Source: Camelus dromedarius
Taxonomy: Eukaryota
Assembly (NCBI RefSeq): GCF_036321535.1
Contig: NC_087437.1
Location: forward strand, 29,638,001-29,702,000
Direction of reading: 5' to 3'
DNA length: 64,000 bases
Below the pieces are notes generated by a model. That model did not search any database and had not been told where the DNA came from. It saw only the letters and a list, made by a program, of their open reading frames with translations. Below are positions 52,656 to 64,000 of the stretch, in pieces. The translations under genes and the position numbers were made by a program. Each line of letters starts with the position of its first letter. Positions within the stretch are counted from its first letter, which is position 1.

Positions 52656-54404
52656 TACCTCACATACACAAAAAGGCCTAATGGACCAAGATGCAGTTTG
52701 AACACTGAAAATGAATATTTTAAGACAGAGCAATAGGGAAGGAAGCATTATAACAAAATCGTTATTCAAACCGTTTAACAGGCTAAAAGTCCAAATCCCA
52801 ACAAGCCGTAAGTCACCCCTACCAAAAGCTGGAATCATTTTAAAGAGGTTACCAAGACAACGTTTTGTTACTTATCCATCCACACACTTGTTAGGTTTCA
52901 AAATGACATTATTAAAGATTTTCCACTACTATCCTCTGGGAAATTTTCAACTGCCCAATTTTACTTTTGTCCATAGGCAACTAGAGTGACTTTACATAAA
53001 ATATTCCTCTACGCTATAAACCATGTAAGTATTTTATCCAGAAATAATCTCGCTGTTACTATTTTCTGCTTAAAAAAAAAAAAATATATATATATATATA
53101 CACATATAAATGTATATATTTATATGAAACAATCTCAAGGACATCTGGGTTTTTTAGGAAGAAATTTAGTTCTTAAATAAGGATAAATATTATTTTCATC
53201 TACAAATAAGATTGAAGCTCATCAAAGTCTGACATAGTGAAAAACAAAACCTAAATACATTTTTTAGGATCAAAAATTCAGATAAATGTAGAATTAATTA
53301 GCATTTTTTCATATTTTACTTAAATTCTAAGTTATTCTTACCCCCCCAAAGATTTAAATTAATAATTACTCAAACTGAATTTCCCCAGACCTTAAGTTCA
53401 GATTTTAACTTATGTCTAAATACTATCAAGTTAAAAACTGACTAAAGTTTTCACAATTGACTTGTCCTATGGATATTTGAAATCAATTTTTTATATTGTA
53501 TTTTTAGGAACAAATGAGAAATAGATACAGTAGTTCCTAAAAATATCCTAAAGCTTATTTTGGTTTTCTTCCCCAAAGTCTAAAAGTACAATTTATCTTC
53601 TGTGAAGGCTTCTCTGCTGGGCAGTACCACTTCCAGAGGACAATTTTAGAGGTAACTCTCCTGGGTATGTGAGTGGAAGAGGAAAGGAGGGGAGAAACAA
53701 GAACGTTATGAGCAATGGGGAGGCTTGATTCAATGGACATATTTGGACAAAAGATTTGGTTCAGAATATGTGCTTGAAAGAGATTTTAGCGCTGAAAGAA
53801 CAGCAGCATAAAGATGCCATGGCTTCCGCTTTTCTGAGGAATAAAAAATGGGAGGGGTTGCTCTCTGGGCAAACGAGCCACTTCTGTGCACCGTGACAAT
53901 ACCTTGAAGTTCACCCCCCTGGGATTTGCCTAAAATGCAAAAGTGACTTTTCCCAGTTAAAAAACAAACAAAAAACCCCTAATGTTCCAAATAGCATGTG
54001 CTTCACTGTTCCCTCAGCCTGTTGTATGGCAAAATCTTGCTTTTATGTACTGCCAGGAGTGAATCCATTTACATACAATCTACATGGCATCACCAAATTT
54101 TCAGAATTATTCCAGATGGTACGACACGGGAGTAACCACGTGCTCGTGGAAAGAACTTGTAATTGTCACTCAGTGTCCCTGCCCCTTTGTGATGCATAAC
54201 ACTGTGGGGTTAACATGTCATCCTGATTGGGGGTTCCGGGGAGGACCTAAATTTCTCATGCATTGCATCCCTGTTTCTTTCAGGGTCTTCCTGCTCTCAG
54301 ACAAGTTAAGCCATTCACCACCTCCTTTAAGCAGAAATATACTACCTCCTAAGCATAGGATACCTTATAGTAACTAATCTGTGGGGGTGGGGGTCTGTGT
54401 ATGT

Positions 54405-55560
54405 TTTATTCATCAACAGATATTTAGTATTTCATAAATAAATTAGACTCATTTTAGGCAACAGAAATACAAAAGTAAGAAAGAGCTCGAATTCTTGGTC
54501 CAGCCCAAGGTGGAGGAATCGAGAAGGTGCATCAGGAGGCGGTTGTCCCAGTTGCTCAGAGGTGAAGTGAGCGGAGGTTCACCTGTGGTTACCCCGCCCC
54601 TGGGGCGGGGCTTGCAGCGTGGTTCCCGGCCCCCAATCCAGGTGCCCGCCTCTTCCGCCGCACTCTGCGCGGAGTCAGACAGCCGCGGTGGCTCTGAGGC
54701 GCCAGCCTCAGGTAAACTGGGTCGTCCTCCGCGTGGTAACCGCCTTCACCCTACCGCACACTAACGGCCCGAGTGCGGGGCGCCTGCTCACGTGCCTGCA
54801 CCCCAGGCCCTGTCGTCCTGGACGGTGAGGGGGTCGTGGCTGGGGCCCTATTTCTGACAGACCGCGTGATGGCGGCGCGGGAGAGGGTTGCGGGCAGAAG
54901 CGCCCTCAGGTGCAGAGGCTCGGAGGTCAGACTGAGCCAGAGGCATTCGGGAGATCCAGGGATCCGGGTCATATCAGCACGGAGCAGGGTGTGAGGAGTC
55001 ACACCTGGGATGAGGAGTTGTACTTTCATTCCAAGGGCTCTGGGAGCCGTAAGGGTTTTGAATAAAAGTACTTGATCTGAGCGGAGATTTTCAAGGTATC
55101 CCACACTTTGCGCCGGGCAAAGCAGATGAGGTTGGGGCAAGGAAGGTGAGGATGGATGCCTGGGTAGCCGTAAGGAGGCTGCTGCAGCGCCTTCCAGGAA
55201 TGTTCTGATGGCGGATGGACCACAGTAGTGCCAGGAGAAGGGTAAGAAAGTGATTAGGTTCTAGACACATTTTAAGGATGTAACCAACAGAGTATTTCCT
55301 GCTGTGATTGATAGTGAGTGCAAAACCAAGTTTAAGAAAATTTTTTTGGTTTTGTTTTAGATTTTTTCGTGGACATCTTGAAAATGGAATTCAGGAAGTC
55401 AAACTAGGGAGCAGGTTTCAGAGTGGACATGGTTGATTCTGAGATGTCTCAAGAGTGGAGGTGTCACATGGACAGCTGGACTGGGGTTCTAGGGTTCTGA
55501 AGAAGGGTCTGGGTTGGAGATGGCCACAGGGCATAGAGTGTGGTCTGGACTAGGTCACTG
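54405..55560 (-). mobile_element. L2 LINE relic interrupted by GC-rich promoter core
   Basis: Reverse L2 3' end ttcatcaacagatattt at ~54408. L2-like sequence resumes after ~54875: gagagggttgcgggcaga...ggagttgtactttcattccaagggctctgggagccgtaagggttttgaa...taaggaggctgctgcag...acattttaaggatgtaaccaacag...ggaggtgtcacatggacagctgga. Confidence 0.75.
54520..55220. promoter_or_regulatory. CpG island / candidate promoter and first exon
   Basis: About 30 CpG counted in 54601-54900 against a CpG-poor background. GC boxes 54592-54610, CCAAT 54633-54637, ETS-like CTTCCG 54652-54657, CACGTG 54789-54794. Donors CAG|GTAAAC (54711/54712) and ACG|GTGAGG (54824/54825) on +; CAG|GTGAAC near 54582 on -. Confidence 0.8.
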
Positions 55561-56113
55561 GAGATCAGATTTAAGAGTAGCAATCTTAATTAAAAATCAA
55601 TCTTAAACTTATTTCAAATGGTCCTTGGAGTGAGAGGAGAGGGCTGTGGCTGAGGGCAGGGGGGAAAGGGTGGACATTCCTGAGACTTCCCTCCAGGAAA
55701 GAGGGGCATTCTGTCTGTCCAGTGTCTGAATAATGAGAATGCTCTGTAGGGTATATGGAGCCTGGCCTGGCACAGAAGATTGGGTGCTGTAAAATCGCCG
55801 TCTGGTTGATGCTGTTACCCTTGCTTTTGAAAAGCTTTTGAACAGCTTGTTCTAAGTAAAACACTCTGAAAAGCTCCTCCAGGGCCCAGAGGTGATTCCA
55901 CTTTATTCAGTCTTGCCAAAGCCACAAAATACCTCAAATGCCATGTGATAGATTGTCCCAGCCTCTTTGTATTTTTGACTAAATAAATGTTCCAAGGAAG
56001 ACAGGCTCATTGGAGGCATCTCGCCTCACAAAGAATTCCTCTAATTTGAGTTGTCCCAGCGTAGGAAGTGTTTCTGCCCACACTCCCTATGTATCATTTG
56101 TGGTTTTAATGAA

Positions 56114-56625
56114 TGTAGAGGAGGCAAAACTCTACCTACCTCAGGTTTCCTACCTCTACTTATCTCAGGTTTTCAGCTTGGTTTCTTTAAGGAAAAACAG
56201 ACTAATGAGAAAAACAAGCAGTTGATTAATATGTGTAGCACACAACACATGGGAGAAACCTAAACCAAAAGTAACTCGAAATCATGGCTTAGAATTCGAG
56301 TTTATATAGCATCTTCAACAAAGAACAATTTAAATTTGTAGCAAAATGACAAGACAATGAAAAGCAGTTAGGCGTCCAAGGGCAGCAAACTGTAGGGAGG
56401 TAAATACATAGGAGGAACTAATACAGTAAAATTTGATTGCAGATTCCTTTGGTGCGTCTCTGGGCTGATAATCTATCTCCTATAAAAGGAGAATTTATAT
56501 CTTGCCTCTAGGCAGAAAAGGGGGAGTTTTTTCTGTTTGCTGTTTCTTCACTGCCTTCAGCTCAAGATAATTTTTATGTCAAAGAGGCATATTTTGGGGG
56601 TGATATACTCTGATTTTTTTCCTGA
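56114..56625 (-). mobile_element. ERV1-type solo LTR (MER34-like)
   Basis: tgtagaggaggcaaaac...tatatagcatcttcaacaaagaacaat...ctgccttcagctcaagataatttttatgtcaaagaggcatattttggggg. Confidence 0.75.
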
Positions 56626-56918
56626 GTACAAAACAGCCAGAAAAGAAAGTCTGTGTTATTTAAATCCCTAAATTATTCTCACTTTGTATCCTCTATCAAA
56701 TTGATTACATAAGAGAATTAAGCATTAATTTCTCAAGGAATCCATTGTAGGTAATGAATTGAGTTTTATTCTATGCCTTTTGACTGGTCCTAGGCAATTA
56801 CGTTCCTTGGGGTGTTTAAGACAGTATCAACTGGAATCATTTTCTATAGGAACCAGTCCTCTCATGGAACCCCATTTGAGAAATACTGCTAATGAGTATG
56901 GTCTCACCAATTCCCATC

Positions 56919-57675
56919 TGTAGGAGTGGGCTTTCCCACACCAGCTGGGTGTCCTTCAATTCAATTCAATTCAATTCTGACACTATTTACTCAAGAGTTA
57001 CCATCAGATCCCACAGGTTAAGGCCTTAGTTCCAAAAGTCTTTCCCTCCCTCACCCTTTCAGATGCCAGTTTTAAGCCTGTGTTGTCACCTGGGCTTCTG
57101 ACTAACTGGTTACTGGTTGGAGACCCAACAGCCTCCTCCTTGGGTTCAATCAGTTTGCTTAGAGTGGCTCATGGAACTCAGAAACATTTTAGTTACTAAA
57201 TTACCAGCTTATTATAAAAGAATACAACACAGGAACAACCATATGGAAGAGATGCATATGGGGCAAGATATGGGGAAAGGGTGCAGAGTTTCCATGCACA
57301 CTGCCCTCCCCACATCTTCACATGTTCATCAACATGGAAACTCTCTGAACTCCATTCTTTTGGGTTTTTATGGGGGCTTCATTTCATAGGTATGATTAAT
57401 TAATCCTTGACCAGTGGCGGTTGAACTCAATCTCCAGCCCTTCTACCCACTCAGAAGTCAAGGGGTGGGACTGAAAGTTCCAATCCCCTAATCACATGGT
57501 TGGTTCTCCTGGTAACCAGCCCCTCCCTTCTGTGCTTTCACAGTCACCTCATTAACATAACAAAAGGCATCTTTATTGCTCTCATCACTTAAGAAATACC
57601 TAAGGTTTTAGGAGGTCTTTGCTAGAAACTTCAACAACAACCAAATATGTATTTCTTGTTAGAAATCATATCACA
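56919..57675 (-). mobile_element. MER21-family solo LTR
   Basis: acaccagctgggtgtcct..aattcaattcaattctgacactat...cagatcccacaggttaagg...ggggtgggactgaaagttccaa...cagtcacctcattaacataac...atatcaca. Confidence 0.85.
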
Positions 57676-57959
57676 CTGCTCTAATAAACAAATATACATG
57701 TGTTTATAGAGAATTCAGAAAAATTATGATCTATATTGTGGCTGCATTTTCACCTTAGTGAATGCAGTTTTTCAAATGTTCAGCAGTGTAAAATCAAGAT
57801 GAATGTATCTTCTGAATATTATATTATTAATATCATCTATATGCTTGTTCTTTGATTTTCCCTCTCTAAGAAAATAGACAGGAGTGAGTAAATTACACAT
57901 TTGTACCCGCAATTTTTCAGTTTTTTGCTTTAAATATTTTTTATATTTAAATTATAGGG

Positions 57960-59035
57960 AGAGATTGTCAGACATGTATGGGCAAACTCTATGCAGTCTA
58001 TAATAAATGATCCTTAATTACAAAAATAGGTGTAAGCTAAAGGAATGGAATGAAATAAGACATGAATACTAACAATAAGAGGGTTGGAGTGGTTATATTA
58101 ATATAAGAAAAAGTCAACATCAGGAAAAATAATATTACCAAAAATAACATAGGGACATTTTATAATAATAAACAAGCAATTTAATCAAGAAGATATAAAA
58201 ATGCTAAATGTATTTGTACCTAAGGAGAGGCCTTCAGAATTTTTTCCTCTCAATAATAGAATAGGCAGAAAAACAGAAAGGATGTAGAAGACGTGACAAA
58301 CAATATCAGCTAACTTGATTCAATAGGTATACATAGAACATTACTCCAGACTGCTGCAGAATACATGTTCTTTTCAGGTATGTGTGGTATATTCCCCAAA
58401 ATAAACCAAATGCTAGGGGCATAAAATAAATTTCAGTAAGTTTTAAAATTGAAGCACTGTAGAATATATTCTCTAAATAAAACAAAACTAAATTAGAAAT
58501 TTTTAAATATCCTAGAAAATCCAGAAGTTTAAATATTATAGAACTCTTAAGTATCAAAGAGTAAAAGAAATAAACCAGTAGAAGATAAATTAGTAGAAGA
58601 TTAAATTAGGATAAATTTGTGAAACAGGCGACAGTAATTTAAATGTATCAGTAACAATCAGAATATATTATGTGGAAACTTGATGAGTAGGATGTAGCAA
58701 ACTACTGTGTACAAGTTCTCTCTTTACGTGTATGTGTAAATACACACAGGTGTGTGGTAGACAGACAGATATAGATGTAAATGAACTCTATTCTGTGTTA
58801 ACTCTAAATGTGTTAATACATAGAAAACAAAAATTGATGAAATTTTACAAATCTATAGCATCAAAAAATAAAATATGTAGGAATGAATGTAATGAAATAC
58901 ATGCAGGTTCTTTTATTATATTCATTCCTAAGTATTTTTTGGAAAACAGTTTTTTTTCAGTATTACAGAAAATTTCAAAGTTTAGTTGAATCTACAAAAC
59001 ACTTCTGCTGAGAGAAATTATAGATGACCTAAACA
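57960..59035 (+). mobile_element. Ancient L1M ORF2 relics (fragmented)
   Basis: ttggagtggttatattaatat...gggacattttataataataaa...tcaagaagatataaaa...ctgcagaatacatgttcttttcagg; later atagcatcaaaaaataaaatatgtaggaat...gacctaaacaaatgg. Confidence 0.7.
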
Positions 59036-60039
59036 AATGGAAAAAACAAAAACAAAAACAAAAAGAAACAAAAATAAAAAGGGAAGGCAAGGTCCCTGCT
59101 TCCATAGAGCTTATATTCTAGTAGAAGAAGACAGGTTGTAAGGGAAAAGATAAGCAAGGTAGTTTCAGAGTCAGTAATTAAGTCATTTAATTTACAATGA
59201 GCTATGATGTCTAAGCAATCATTTTGCATATTAAGAAAAAAAATTAACCCATAAATTGTTTTCATATGTAATGAAAATATGAAATACAAAGGCTGACCTG
59301 TTACAGTGTGTAGACACTCAAGTAAATTTATGCTTTCCATTTTGCAATTTCCTTTTCATGTTTTGGGGCCATTAGTTGCTTTTTCTTGTCACAGACATTT
59401 TCATAGGCTCTTGAAAAGGGCTTAGAGCCTTGGCACTGTGTCCATACACTCTGCTGAGTAAGCAGACTCTCCTTATAGACTATATAAAGGTCTATATTAC
59501 ATGCTGAGGGTGATGGTAAGATTTACTACAAACCAGGGGAGCCCAACCTTCTTCTGCCCCAACATACAAGGATGCACACTCCCATCAGGTACAGGGCTCA
59601 GCTCGGAGGGTATTTCTAACTCAGGGGCTTATCAGAAACTTCAGGATATTTGGAGATTAGTAAGTCAAAGAGAAGCATACATATGGAAAGCCCCTAATGA
59701 GATGTAGTCCCACTTTGAAAATTACTGCAGTGTACATCTACAGTAACTGTTGTTAAAGTACTTTTTTGCTTGCATGTTAATTGGTGTTGAAAGGTTAAAT
59801 AGTAGCAGCCTGAGCTATTGCTTCAGGAAGGGAGGACAATTAATGATGTTGCGCTGGAAACATCATGGCTGTCATGGGATTACCAATGGGGGAATTTATT
59901 TTCAGTTGTCCCCCTAATCAGGAAGTTATACTTCTCATTTAAAAAATGTAGTTTTAATTCATTGCTTATCAAAACAGCCCTCAGAAAGCAAAGAGGGCAG
60001 ATCCCAGGAAGAAACACAGACTTTAGTCAGGAAGACAGT

Positions 60040-60235
60040 TCTGCTTTTTGATTCTAGAATCAGACTTGTGAGTCATATCCTAGCTGTGAGACCCTGGACA
60101 AGTTAGTCACATCTCTGAGCCTCAGTTTGCATATCTGTAAAATGGAATAATTATCATCCATGCTTCATGGAGTTGCAGTCATCAAGTGAAGTGACCCAGG
60201 TTTGCACCAGCAGCTCAGTAAATGTTAGCTGTTAG
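60040..60235 (+). mobile_element. MIR SINE
   Basis: ctagctgtgagaccctggacaagttag...ctctgagcctcagtttgcatatctgtaaaatggaataat...ctcagtaaatgttagct. Confidence 0.85.
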
Positions 60236-62339
60236 TGGAGAGAGTGGCAGCACTGAAGAAAATGAAGTCTTTGGAGGACTAAAGAGCAAAGTAGGGAGCT
60301 GGTATTTTGCAGTTTATTATTTAGAAATTCCCATATCAAAATTTGGTTAGGGAAAATTTTGACTAATACTATCAGGCCTGATAATTTTTTCATTTTTAAT
60401 ACTTAGATCTGTAAAAAGAGAAAGTGAACTTACAAATGTGCTACCTCATTTCAGAATAGCTTTGGATAATACTTATGTTTGAAACTCAGAAGTGGCCTAA
60501 GTTTGAGGAAAACAGGAAAAAGTAGAATTTTTCATCAGTTCTTTATAGAGGAGAAACTGAAATCCAACCATCAGGGTGTCAGAAACCCCTTGTATTTATG
60601 TTAATTAATAGAACTGTAACGTGTTCGTAAGTTCTCATTCATTCTCAACTAATCTTTATGATGTATTCTTAAAGTTTTGATCGAAAGATTCCTTCAAGTT
60701 ATCGGACTTGATAGAAACTTGGCCTGAATAAAATCATCCTGGTGCTCAGATGATTGTGGCGTCAACCAGTCAGGCTTCTAGCTGACCATACAGCAATCAT
60801 GTTATACTTCTACATCTGTCATGTTTGTCTGTCTGTTTATTTTATGTTGAGGAAACTGACATTTGGTAAAAGACCATCATTAAACATCAACCTAGTAGCC
60901 AAGCCATGATAGAACCCTGGACTCTCGATGGCTTCTGAGAACTTAACCTGCCTTTCCTGATTAACTCTAGGATAGGGAAGCAATTCTGACGACATCAGCG
61001 ATGGATTTTCCTTTGGACATGTGTGACTCTAGGACCCTTGGCCAGGCTAGAACACAGTTTCAAGCTACATGGGAGTATCATGATTCTTGTGGAACAGACC
61101 ACAGAGCAGCATAAACTAAACCTACCTGAAAACAAGGCTGTGTGCTTTCAGAAGGGTTCTGGGAAGCCGGCCAGACATTCATGTACATTTTTTTAACGTG
61201 TCAGCTGCTGCATGGGTATTTTGAGAAGCACTTTGGGAAGTCACAGCAGGAATTTGGCTTTTGTGTTTTGAAAGTGCCAGCTTTATTGCAGCTCAAACAG
61301 AAATAAAAGGGAAACAGCATCATTACCTGGCAGGTTTTTCAGGACGGTTCCAGCAGGGAGTCTCGCTTTTCTAGCTTTAACATGCTTGCCTCCTCAGCTT
61401 TATGAGAAAAGAATTCTATCTGGGCAGAACCAGAACCAAATATGAAACATGGGTTTCAACAATTTCATGCCATTTATACCAGGAACATTTTGGTTTACAG
61501 AGAACATATGTACCTCTTCTTTTGTGGGAAAGAACACTCTTTTATTTGATGACCTCAAGAGCCTCTTTTTTTACCTTCAGCTGGATGGGAGGAGGAGAGA
61601 AATGGAACTCCAGTGGAAAAGTAATTGTACATCTCTGTCACGCACTTTCTTGCTGAGCTACATAATGGTTCATAAGCTCTTAACTGAGACTTATAAAAGT
61701 GTTCCCAATTGTTAGTTCAAGGTCTATAGTCAGCTTAGAAACTATTGAAATGTATTTTAAAAATGAGAAGAAAAAAAAAAAAACCCAGCAGGGAAAAAAA
61801 TTCTGGGTCATGCTTTTAAGAGCTGCTTGGCCAAAAAAGAAGTTTCTTTCAGAGAATGGGAACAATTTCACTGTTCAGTTTTCTATACCGTTGGTTTTGT
61901 TGGGCACAATTTGTGCATCTCTGTGCAAATGACTCAGTGATTAAAGAGGGTTTAATTCTAGGTCCTATGAAATGCAGATACATTGAATGGTATGGAATCC
62001 TGCCAAATACTTGTAGTCTTAGATTGTGTAGCTTAGTTAAATCTCCTTTGCACTCTCTCATACCTGTGGTTAGAAAAAAGAATTTTAAGTTGAGGTAAGA
62101 GACAGGAGACAAAGTGGTGGCACAGCAAGATTATATTATATTTTCAAGACAGTCCTAAAATTTCTGAAAGAAACCTGAAGAAAAAGACTACAGTGCCCAA
62201 AATGGAATGATATGTATGAGTGAGCTGATAGTGCCGGGTCAGGATATTTTGCTGTGCCGGGACATGGAGTCATCATCTGCATTGCATAGGACGCACCGTG
62301 GTTTTCCCGTTAAGCAATGCAGAGCCTAAGGTTTCCTAA

Positions 62340-62645
62340 AATGAAGCATTCCTGTCACTCTGCATCTCTTCCCTACCCTCTCTCTGATCACTCAACTTTG
62401 ATTACTTTCTAATCACCTCTCAGATCTCACTCAAACATCACTTCCTCAGAGAAGCCTTCCCTGATTTGGTCTCCATGGAGTTGAGTGTCCTCTCTTTCTA
62501 GTCCCATATAGTGTGTACCATAGTTGATTTTGTATTTGCATGAGTATAGGATCAATGGCTGTCTCCCATTGTCTCCTTAGAGCTCAGCCCAGGACCCAGC
62601 TTGGTAGCAAGGCTTCGACAGATCTTGATTAATGAAGGAATGAGT
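62340..62645 (+). mobile_element. L2 3' end
   Basis: tcagatctcactcaaacatcacttcctcagagaagccttccctga...aatgaaggaatgagtg. Confidence 0.75.
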
Positions 62646-64000
62646 GTAGAAATGAAAAAACAAGCAAATTGAAGGAAGGCTTAGAACAGAGGGACTGATA
62701 CCGAATTCAGATACTGAATGTATCTCCTACTGGCAGGGAAAAGTAGTTAACAGTCTTGACTATGTTTTTAGACACAAAACAGAGCACCCTATCTTAACTT
62801 TCACAATTTATGTATAAAATCCTGTAAAATTATGTCCTCTTTCCACTCTTTATAGAGCCTCTGAGGCATGTTACCACTTTGCTGCCCATCTTAACATTTA
62901 GCACAGTGCCCACCATTAAAACACTTGTGTTATATTGAGAACTTTGAGCCATATTATACAGTGGAATAAATGTGGAATAATTATTCTGTACCTGAGATTG
63001 GTGGATTCCTGAGAGGGGGACTTCAGAGAAAGGAGACTGCTAAGGCAGACAGAGGGCTTCTACATTCTCTCCTGTGATGTCTCCACCATGAACAGTAATC
63101 ACACAGCTCCCCGTACACTGAACGCCCTGGTGACACTGCACAGGCCCTCTTCCTGAGCCTGCATTAACCTAGTTTTTTACTGTGCATTTTTAAAATGACC
63201 TGACTATGGAAAAATAATGTCTGTATCTCTGTGGTAATAAATTAAAGCAAAAGCTAATCATGTCCAAGGATTTAAAGTTAGATGCAAAAAGCAGACTGTA
63301 AAACTTAGTTCTTTCTATCCTTACTTTCCCCCTTTCCCCAGAAGCATAGGGCTTTCTATCAACTGCATAGCTGCCTAGAAGAGGCTCAATCTAGAGGCAA
63401 CTTCAGTGACAGTCATGGAAAGAAGTCTAATGTCATGGAGTCCCAGTGATATTAGTGAAAACAAACATGGCTGAAGCAGTAAGTCAGCAGTGATAAGTCT
63501 ACATAATGACCAAGCTCTTGAAATAGCAAATACTGGCATATCACTTGTAATGGAGGTCTGATTCAATGCTCATTTAAGTGAACCACCCAGTTCTTCCTTC
63601 TTTTGGGTCTCTTTTCAAAATTTTTTTGTAAAATACAGAGCATATTATTATAATTTTCAACTTTTTCAGATACATGCAGCCATGTTTTATGAATGATCAT
63701 ACAATTTGTAGTCCTTCATTTAAATTATTACATGCTAGCTTCCCTTCTGCCCCTTTTTTTCCTACAGACACTGTTTCTGTCATATGTGTTCCAAAGCCCT
63801 GTCTAAACTGTTCAGTTATGACAATCTAAAATAATTTTAGAAACTCACCCATTCAGGAAAACTTCATTAATTCCCTATGTTCTAGAATTACCGTTAGATC
63901 TAGAATTATCTTGAATATTATCTGTAAAATTTATTTTAAATACTTGCTCATTTATTCATTTATCTAGTAATTTTTGCCTTGGAAAATATATTCACTTCTA

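Noticed and set aside
54495..55223. Several overlapping ORFs in the CpG island
   Set aside because: Expected in GC-rich, stop-poor DNA; mostly non-ATG starts and no recognisable protein similarity.
51358..56625. Two same-orientation MER34-like LTRs ~4.2 kb apart as a possible provirus enclosing the promoter
   Set aside because: The LTRs differ substantially, and the intervening DNA is MIR/L1/L2/unique with no gag or pol remnant; independent solo LTRs are more likely.
58577..58607. 15-16 bp tandem duplication agtagaagat(t)aaatt
   Set aside because: Ordinary slippage in a decayed L1 region.
61323..61334. TTACCTGGCAGG matching the 5' end of U1 snRNA
   Set aside because: Only 12 nt match and similarity stops; explained by chance or by a minus-strand donor-like site.

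Overview
This is 64 kb of AT-rich mammalian genomic DNA, almost certainly from a camelid: it carries a tRNA-Ala-derived Vic-1-type SINE and young cetartiodactyl-type L1 3' ends. I found no credible protein-coding exon. The only recognisable ORFs are decayed LINE-1 ORF2 pieces. Much of the window is interspersed repeat: young and old L1, L2, MIR, MaLR/ERVL/ERV1 solo LTRs and hAT MITEs. The main functional-looking landmark is a single CpG-island promoter at about 54.5-55.2 kb, with GC boxes, CCAAT, ETS and E-box motifs and splice donors. Its GC-rich core appears to be a ~276-bp TG...CA insert inside a colinear L2 relic. Other notable items are a ~23-28-nt locally templated insertion inside a young L1, a near-perfect 96-bp tandem duplication, an orphan internal L1 ORF2 fragment, and several candidate non-coding exons and a possible TATA promoter on the minus strand. 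Repeat family names come from recalled consensus sequences, and boundaries are approximate unless target-site duplications (TSDs) are cited. I could not identify the host gene and cannot claim a novel system with confidence.
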